Part shown: piece after piece, positions 57,974 to 64,000 of the stretch | Numbering within the stretch: the first letter of the stretch is position 1 | Layout of the letters: each line of letters begins with the position of its first letter | Position numbers and translations under genes: made by a program | The notes under the pieces: generated by a model | What the model was told of the DNA's origin: nothing | Seen by the model: the letters and a program-made list of their open reading frames with translations, nothing else | Database searches by the model: none | DNA from: an uncultured Sphingomonadaceae bacterium | GTDB taxonomy: Bacteria > Pseudomonadota > Alphaproteobacteria > Sphingomonadales > Sphingomonadaceae | DNA: 64,000 nucleotides | Direction: 5' to 3' | Assembly: GCA_964242855.1 (NCBI GenBank) | Contig: CAXTBZ010000005.1 | Location: 1,051-65,050 of the forward strand

Positions 57974-59710
57974 ATGAACATGAGCCCGGACCTGACCCTG
58001 CCGATCGTCGCCGATGAGCACCGCAAGGCCAAGTTGTCGGCATCCGCTGGCGGGCTCGTGCGCCGCGCCCCTTGGGATATCGCGGCGATCCTGCTGATCG
58101 GCGTCGTTGCAGAACTGCTCGTTCACCCCGCCGTCGATTTCCCGTCCAACGACGACTGGGTCTACGGTCTTGCAGTCAAGCAGATCCTCAGCACCGGGAT
58201 CTTCGCCGCGCCAAGCCCCACGCTGCCCGATCTCGTTCTGCAGGCCTATTGGGGGGCGCTGTTCTGCCTGCCGTTCGGCTTCTCGTTCGTCGCACTGCGC
58301 ATCTCAACATTGGTGCTGGCGGCGGCCGGCCTAGTCGCGACCTATGCCTTCTGCCGAGAGATCGGCGGTTCGCGCGGGAGCGCCCGGGTTTTGGTGCTGA
58401 CGCTGGCGCTCGACCCGCTGTATTTTTATCTCGCCAACAGCTTCATGACCGATGTGCCGCACGTCGCGATGATGGCGGCGTCGCTGTGGGCGTTCGCTCG
58501 TGGCATGAGACGCGGCAATAAACGCTGGATCGGTGCCGCTATCGGGATCGCGCTGGCAACGATCCTGGTGCGCCAGTTCGCGATCGTGCTCGTGCTTGCG
58601 CTCTGCGTCGCCTGGGCGGCGGAGCAGCGCTGGTCCCGGCGCAGTGTGATCGTGTCAATATGCGTGCTGGCATTCGGCATGGCCGAGCATCTGGGGTTCC
58701 AATACTGGCTGGTGCACAGCGGCCGCACCCCACACGCGATCGTTGAGATCACGCGCGACATCTATCCGCCGCTCACTCTGAGTTTGGTGCCGTTCATGGC
58801 GGTGCACGGCTTTGCCTTGCTCCAGTATCTCGGGCTGATGCTGGCGCCGATCTATCTGGCGACCGGTTTCGCTAGCGCGCGCCAGGCGGTGGCATCACGG
58901 CCGGCGATCACGATCGCCATACTGGCCTGCGTGTCCTTCGGCGAGGCGATGGTGCTGCGGATGCCGGAAATCTCGCTACCGAATTATGGCAACATCCTGC
59001 AGCCATACGGCGTCGGCCCGCTAAGCCTGCGCGATACGGTGCTCGCCATACATCAGCCGATCATCCCGGCCCCGCTCGTCGCCGGGTGGGCAGCGGCCCG
59101 CGCGCTGGGGATCGTCGTGGCTGCGGCGATCGCAGTCGATTTCGCCGAGCTGATTCGCTCTTTTTTGATGACAGTCCGGGACCGCCGCATGGAGTGGCGA
59201 ACGATCCTGCCGCTCGTCCTGATCGGCGGATACGGCGCGGGCGTCCTGCTGATGACGGCGGTGCACGGCGCCTTCGATCGCTATCTGCTGAGCCTATTTC
59301 TTCCGCTCGCGATGGTCGCGGTGTTCAAGTCCGGCGCGGTGATCCGGGGCCGCGGCTGGGCGGTGGCTGCGGCGCTGGTGCTTGCCGTCTTTGCCGGGTT
59401 TTCGGTCGCCGCGGTGCATGACTATCTCGTCTTCCAGCGCGGGCGCCTTGCTGCGAGCGATGCGCTCGAGGCGACCGGCGTGCCCGCGAGAGACATCGAG
59501 GGTGGCTATGAATATGACGGCTTCAGGACACTGCGCGCCGACTATCAGCAGGCGCCCGGCACGAGCGTTTGGTGGCATACGCAATACCCTTATGTCATCA
59601 CGACCGGGCCGCTGCCGGGTTATGTCGTCGACGCGCGGTACGACTATCGCCGCTGGCTGACCGGGGAGAACGCCACGATCATGGCGATGAAGCGCGCGGA
59701 CCTGCGGTGA
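57974..59710 (+). CDS. GT-C-fold (ArnT/PMT-like) membrane glycosyltransferase
   Basis: PSNDDWVY acidic loop after the first helix, SFMTDVP, VRQ, FDRYLL; many transmembrane helices. Confidence 0.8.
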   Translation: MNMSPDLTLPIVADEHRKAKLSASAGGLVRRAPWDIAAILLIGVVAELLVHPAVDFPSNDDWVYGLAVKQILSTGIFAAPSPTLPDLVLQAYWGALFCLPFGFSFVALRISTLVLAAAGLVATYAFCREIGGSRGSARVLVLTLALDPLYFYLANSFMTDVPHVAMMAASLWAFARGMRRGNKRWIGAAIGIALATILVRQFAIVLVLALCVAWAAEQRWSRRSVIVSICVLAFGMAEHLGFQYWLVHSGRTPHAIVEITRDIYPPLTLSLVPFMAVHGFALLQYLGLMLAPIYLATGFASARQAVASRPAITIAILACVSFGEAMVLRMPEISLPNYGNILQPYGVGPLSLRDTVLAIHQPIIPAPLVAGWAAARALGIVVAAAIAVDFAELIRSFLMTVRDRRMEWRTILPLVLIGGYGAGVLLMTAVHGAFDRYLLSLFLPLAMVAVFKSGAVIRGRGWAVAAALVLAVFAGFSVAAVHDYLVFQRGRLAASDALEATGVPARDIEGGYEYDGFRTLRADYQQAPGTSVWWHTQYPYVITTGPLPGYVVDARYDYRRWLTGENATIMAMKRADLR

Positions 59711-59740
59711 ACCGCGCCGTGGTTCTGGCGTTAAGCGGTC

Positions 59741-59959
59741 ATGGCCAAGCATCGGGACACGTCACTATCGCAGAAGCCAGCGCACCAGCGGGCAATATTG
59801 TCCCTGGCGATCGGACGGCGGGCCGGTCTGTCTGCCGAGGTTGAGGTGACCAGCGCTGGGCTGCTCTCGATCGCCGTGCTCGTCTCCACGATCCTGCTGT
59901 CGACAGCGGTTCTGGTACAGGTGGCGGTGCGTGAAACCAGGCGCTCGCCGGACGCCTGA
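59741..59959 (+). CDS. Small hypothetical membrane protein
   Basis: One clear hydrophobic helix; fills the gap before gshA. Confidence 0.4.
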   Translation: MAKHRDTSLSQKPAHQRAILSLAIGRRAGLSAEVEVTSAGLLSIAVLVSTILLSTAVLVQVAVRETRRSPDA

Positions 59960-59966
59960 GGCTGCC

Positions 59967-61343
59967 TCAGTACGCCATGTCCTCGTAGATGCGGTCGAGG
60001 TCGCCGGCCCAGGCGCCGTTGTAGCGGTCGAGCAGCAGTTGGGCGGGGACCTTGCCGCTCTCGACGATCTCGCGCAGCGGGGTGAGGTAGCCGGTCTCGT
60101 CGTCGCCGGACGCGTTGAGGCGCTGGCGGCGCGCGAGGCCGCCATGCGCGATGTCGAGCACCTGGCGGCCGAGATCGCGGAAACTGCGGCCGCGGGGACC
60201 CTTGGTGTCGAGCGCGATGCGCGGCACCTGTTCGCGGATGCGGTGATGGTCCTCGACGCTCCAGTGCCTGACCAGCTGCCATGCTTCTTCGAGCGCCTGA
60301 TCGTCGTAGAGCAGCCCCACCCAGAAGGCAGGCAGGGCGCAGATTTGGCTCCACGGTCCGCCATCGGCGCCGCGCATCTCGAGGAAAGACTTCAGCCGCA
60401 CCTCGGGAAAGGCGGTGGAGAGATGATCGGTCCAGTCGGCCACCGTCGGCTTTTCGCCGGGCAGCACCGACAGCTCGCCGTTGAGGAAGTCACGGAAATC
60501 GAGCCCCGCCGCATCGACATAGCCGCCGTTGCGGAAGGCGAAGTACATCGGCACGTTCAGCATGTAATCGGCATAGCGTTCGTAGCCGAAGCCATCTTCG
60601 AACACGAAGGGCAGCATGCCGGTTCGGTGCGGATCGGTGTCGGTCCAGATGTGCGAGCGGTAGGAGAGGAAGCCGTTGGGCTTGCCTTCGGTGAACGGCG
60701 AGTTGGCGAACAGCGCAGTGGCGAGCGGCTGGAGCGCCAGGCTCACCCGGAACTTCTTCACCATGTCCGCCTCGGACGAATAATCGAGGTTGGTCTGGAT
60801 GGTGCAGGTGCGCAGCATCATGTCAAGCCCGAGGCTGCCGACGCGCGGCATGTGGCGCAGCATGATCTCGTAGCGGCCCTTGGGCATGATCGGCAGCTCG
60901 GCGCGCGTCTTGTCCGGCCAGAAGCCCAGCCCGAGGAAGCCGATGCCGAGCCTGTCGCCGATCTCCTTACACTGGGCGAGGTGGCGGCCGGTCTCGGCGC
61001 AGGTCTCGTGCAGATTGTCGAGCGGCGCACCCGACAGCTCGAACTGACCGGCGGGCTCGAGGCTGATGCCGCCGTCCGCACCGGCAAGCGCGATGATGTT
61101 CTCGCCCTCGTAGACCGGCTCCCAGCCGAATTTGGTGAGGCCGATCATCAGCGCGTGAATGCCGCCCGGCTCCTCATAGGATGGCGCGCGGTGGCTGCCG
61201 TCCTTCCAGTAGACGAACTTCTCGTGCTCGGTGCCGATGCGCCAGCGATCCCTGGGCTTTTCACCCTTCACGAAGACGGACAGCAGATCGTCGCGCGATT
61301 CGATGATCGGATCGGCTTTGCCGGTGGCGGTACGGGTCGTCAT
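59967..61343 (-). CDS. gshA: Glutamate--cysteine ligase
   Basis: RIGTEHEKF, SLEPAGQFELSGAP, MPKGRY, TCTIQTNLD, FPEVRLKSFLEMRGADGGP. Confidence 0.96.
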   Translation of the reverse strand: MTTRTATGKADPIIESRDDLLSVFVKGEKPRDRWRIGTEHEKFVYWKDGSHRAPSYEEPGGIHALMIGLTKFGWEPVYEGENIIALAGADGGISLEPAGQFELSGAPLDNLHETCAETGRHLAQCKEIGDRLGIGFLGLGFWPDKTRAELPIMPKGRYEIMLRHMPRVGSLGLDMMLRTCTIQTNLDYSSEADMVKKFRVSLALQPLATALFANSPFTEGKPNGFLSYRSHIWTDTDPHRTGMLPFVFEDGFGYERYADYMLNVPMYFAFRNGGYVDAAGLDFRDFLNGELSVLPGEKPTVADWTDHLSTAFPEVRLKSFLEMRGADGGPWSQICALPAFWVGLLYDDQALEEAWQLVRHWSVEDHHRIREQVPRIALDTKGPRGRSFRDLGRQVLDIAHGGLARRQRLNASGDDETGYLTPLREIVESGKVPAQLLLDRYNGAWAGDLDRIYEDMAY

Positions 61344-61385
61344 CGCCGCGCCCTAGCGCTTACCGATCGGTAGGAAAAGAGGGCT

Positions 61386-62117
61386 TCACCAGTCGCCGGC
61401 CGCTGCCATCCACAGTGTCACCGCCGCGAGTGCTGCGGTTTCGGCGCGCAGGATGCGGGGGCCGAGCGAGATGGCGCGGGCTTGCGGCAAGGCGCGGATC
61501 GCGTCGCGCTCGGCGGGATCGAAGCCGCCTTCGGGGCCGATCAGGATCGCGGCCGGGCCGGGGGCGGGGACGAACCGCTCGCCGCCGGTCTCGTCGGCGA
61601 AGTACAGCGTGCGCTCCGCAGGCCAGTTGCGCAGCAGCGTGTCGAGCTTCACCGGCTCGGCGAGCGATGGCAGCGCGGTGCGGCCGCACTGTTCGGCCGC
61701 CTCGATCATGTGGGCGCGCAAGCGATCGAGGTTGAGCCGATCGATCACGCTGCGCCGCGTGGTCACCGGCAGGAACCGGGCGACGCCGAGCTCGCACGCC
61801 TTCTCCGCCATCCAGTCGATCCGCTGGCGCTTGATCGGCGCGGCGACGAGCCACAGATCGGGCACGGGTTCGCGCGAGGCGAGGTGCGCGACCATCCGCA
61901 GCCGCGCGTCGCGCTTGCCGGCCAAGGCGAGTTCGGCCGCCCATTCGCCGCTCACATCGTCGAAGCAGCGCACCGCATCGCCTGGCTTCAGCCGCATGAC
62001 GTTCACGAGGTAATTGGCTTGCGCCGGGTCCAGCGCGATTTCGGCCCCGTCGCTCAACGTCGTGGCGATGAACAGGCGCGGCGCACTGTCGGGCGGCCAG
62101 GCGGGCGTGGCGGGCAT
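61386..62117 (-). CDS. rsmE: 16S rRNA m3U1498 methyltransferase
   Basis: NYLVNVMRL, EKACELGV, EAAEQC, IGPEGGF, LGPRILRAETA. Confidence 0.96.
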   Translation of the reverse strand: MPATPAWPPDSAPRLFIATTLSDGAEIALDPAQANYLVNVMRLKPGDAVRCFDDVSGEWAAELALAGKRDARLRMVAHLASREPVPDLWLVAAPIKRQRIDWMAEKACELGVARFLPVTTRRSVIDRLNLDRLRAHMIEAAEQCGRTALPSLAEPVKLDTLLRNWPAERTLYFADETGGERFVPAPGPAAILIGPEGGFDPAERDAIRALPQARAISLGPRILRAETAALAAVTLWMAAAGDW

Positions 62118-62237
62118 GACTGGAGGCTTAAGCGGCGAGACTGCTTGTGTTCAAGTAGCGAGGCGTATCTATCACATCGGTACCGAAACCACTTGGCCGC
62201 TCTTTCGTTGGGCGCCCGATACCATGGGAGAAAGACT

Positions 62238-62555
62238 ATGAAGAAGATTGCTCTTGCCGCGATGGCCGCGATCGTTGCCGTGCCGACCGCGCTGCCGGCG
62301 CCCGCGATGGCGCGCCATCATTACTACAACGACAACCGCAGCTATCACGGCCGTGACGGCGACTATCGCTATCACTGCAAGCGCAGCAACGGCACCACCG
62401 GCACGATCGCGGGTGCGGTCGGCGGCGGCGTGCTCGGCAATGTGCTGGGCGGCGGCACGATCGGAACGCTGGCGGGTGCCGGCGGCGGCGCGCTGCTCGG
62501 CCGTCACATCGACAAGCGTCGCAGCGCCGCACACAATCGCCGCGAAGGCTGCTGA
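62238..62555 (+). CDS. Glycine-zipper 2TM domain secreted protein
   Basis: Signal peptide; CKRSNGTTGTIAGAVGGGVLG...GGALLGR. Confidence 0.85.
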   Translation: MKKIALAAMAAIVAVPTALPAPAMARHHYYNDNRSYHGRDGDYRYHCKRSNGTTGTIAGAVGGGVLGNVLGGGTIGTLAGAGGGALLGRHIDKRRSAAHNRREGC

Positions 62556-62556
62556 G

Positions 62557-63339
62557 CTACTGCGGGGCCGGAGCGTCATCGCTCCGGTCCACGCCCCAGC
62601 TGTGCGTCTCGGTGATGAAACCGCGATGCGGGGTGCCGTCGATGTCGCGGGCGGGGCGGAAGCGGAAGCGCTGCTCGATCAACCGGCAGATGCGCTGATC
62701 GACCTCGGCATTGCCGCTCGACTTCACAGCGACGCATTCGCCGACGCTGCCATCGACATAGACGCGATAGCGCACGCCTAGCGTTATTTCGGCCCCGGCA
62801 GCGCGGACATCCTCCGGCAGATCCGAGAACTTCAACCGGCCCTTGATCTGGACGGGTGCGATATCGCCGTCGCCGTCGCCATCTCCCCCGCCGCCCAGAC
62901 CGTCGCCTTCGCCACCCGCGCCCTGACCGGGTCCCGGCCGGTTCGACGCACCGTTCGACGGTGCCATGCCGAGGCCGGCCTTCGGCGCAGCGATCACCGG
63001 CGGCGGGGCCGGCAGCGGGACGACCGGCGGCGCCACGACGATCTTCGTCGCCTGGTTCTTCAGATTGCGTGGTGATGCCGCCAGCTTCTTGGCCTTGCTG
63101 TGCGCCTGCTCGACGCGTTGCCGGACAGGGGGCGGCGGTGGTGCGGCGCGCAGATCGAGCAGCGCCAGGGTCCGGTCGCCGACCGCGCGCAGATCAACCG
63201 CCAGGCCACGCACCAGCAGGTAACCGGCCAGCACAACGATCAGCGCGGCGAGCGATGCGGCGACGAGCCTTTCCTGAAGCGAGGTGTGCAATGCGGTTTC
63301 CGTGAGCTGTATGAAGCGGGTCAACGCGCCGGATGCCAT
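62557..63339 (-). CDS. TonB family protein (energy transducer-like)
   Basis: N-terminal transmembrane helix, Pro/Gly-rich linker, C-terminal VDGSVGEC...SSGNAEVD...RFRPARD. Confidence 0.8.
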   Translation of the reverse strand: MASGALTRFIQLTETALHTSLQERLVAASLAALIVVLAGYLLVRGLAVDLRAVGDRTLALLDLRAAPPPPPVRQRVEQAHSKAKKLAASPRNLKNQATKIVVAPPVVPLPAPPPVIAAPKAGLGMAPSNGASNRPGPGQGAGGEGDGLGGGGDGDGDGDIAPVQIKGRLKFSDLPEDVRAAGAEITLGVRYRVYVDGSVGECVAVKSSGNAEVDQRICRLIEQRFRFRPARDIDGTPHRGFITETHSWGVDRSDDAPAPQ

Positions 63340-63359
63340 CGGGAGCCCCTACCAACTTT

Positions 63360-63441
63360 CGTTCGTGCTGAGCTTGTCGAAGCACTGTTCTTCCTTCCTG
63401 GAGAAAGGAAGGACAGCCCTTCGACAGGCTCAGGGTGAACG
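63360..63441. repeat. REP-like extragenic palindrome of sphingomonad type
   Basis: CGTTCGTGCTGAGCTTGTCGAAG ... CTTCGACAGGCTCAGGGTGAACG imperfect inverted arms around an inner stem. Confidence 0.8.
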
Positions 63442-63497
63442 GGGTAGGGGCGCAGCCGCTCTTCCACGGGCACGCATCATCTGCCATCGCTCGCTTC

Positions 63498-64000
63498 ATG
63501 ACTCCTGCCGTCGATGCCGCAGTTCCCGATACCGAGCGCCACGGCCTGCTCTCGCTCCTTCCCCGGGCAGCCCGCCCCTACGCGCTGCTTGCACGCTTCG
63601 ATCGGCCGATCGGGGCGTGGCTGCTGTTCTGGCCGGGCGCCTGGGCGATCCTGCTCGCCGGTGGCCCGCTCGACGATGCGGCTCGGCTGATCGTGCTGTT
63701 CGCAATCGGCGCGATCGCGATGCGTGGCGCGGGCTGCGTGTACAACGATATCATCGATCGCGAGCTCGACGCGCGGGTCGCACGGACCCGCGACCGCCCG
63801 CTCGCCAGCGGGCAGGTGAACCTTAAAGCGGCGTGGGCCTTCCTGATCCTGCTTTGCCTTGTAGGGCTGGCGGTGCTCGTCGGGCTGAACTGGCCCGCGC
63901 GGATCGCCGCGGTGGCCAGCCTTGCCGCAGTCGCCTGCTATCCGTTCATGAAGCGCATCACCTGGTGGCCGCAGGTCTGGCTCGGCATCGTCTTCTCCTG
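63498..64000 (+). CDS. ubiA: 4-hydroxybenzoate octaprenyltransferase, partial
   Basis: LARFDRPIGAWLLFWP, MRGAGCVYNDIIDRELDARVARTRDRPLASG, YPFMKRITWWPQ; runs off the window end. Confidence 0.95.
   Translation, partial: MTPAVDAAVPDTERHGLLSLLPRAARPYALLARFDRPIGAWLLFWPGAWAILLAGGPLDDAARLIVLFAIGAIAMRGAGCVYNDIIDRELDARVARTRDRPLASGQVNLKAAWAFLILLCLVGLAVLVGLNWPARIAAVASLAAVACYPFMKRITWWPQVWLGIVFS

Noticed and set aside
59931-61373. 480-aa plus-strand ORF
   Set aside because: Antisense shadow of gshA
63360-63441. CRISPR repeat or IS end
   Set aside because: Single palindromic unit with no spacers, cas genes or transposase; fits a REP-like element

Overview
GC-rich alphaproteobacterial DNA, most likely a sphingomonad (TonB-dependent receptors, a Sphingomonas-type palindromic repeat, conserved gshA-rsmE-ubiA block). 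From start to end: (1) the tail of a catabolic operon (2-oxoacid dehydrogenase E1-beta, beta-keto acid cleavage enzyme); (2) a ~7 kb mobile-element-like block with an HsdR-N-type nuclease and a ParB-DNA methyltransferase / small basic protein / terminase large subunit trio, but no capsid, portal or integrase, ending in a double-palindrome motif; (3) a ~26 kb catabolic island (9.4-35.2 kb) whose promoter regions share a palindrome, ATCGTCnGACGAT, and which encodes an apparent phosphorylation / biotin-carboxylation / dephosphorylation / CoA-thiolysis pathway with a split PPDK-like kinase, a lysine-less BCCP paralogue, a membrane-anchored linalool dehydratase-like enzyme and beta-oxidation genes; (4) a sugar ABC transporter next to a frameshifted TonB-dependent receptor; (5) GtrA/GT2/GT4/GT-C surface glycosylation genes; (6) a complete 3008-bp IS1595-family element with 23-bp terminal inverted repeats and an 8-bp target duplication, carrying a four-gene passenger operon that includes a PIN-domain protein; (7) housekeeping genes. 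No rRNA, tRNA or CRISPR array was seen. Family assignments come from motif recognition by eye, not from database searches.
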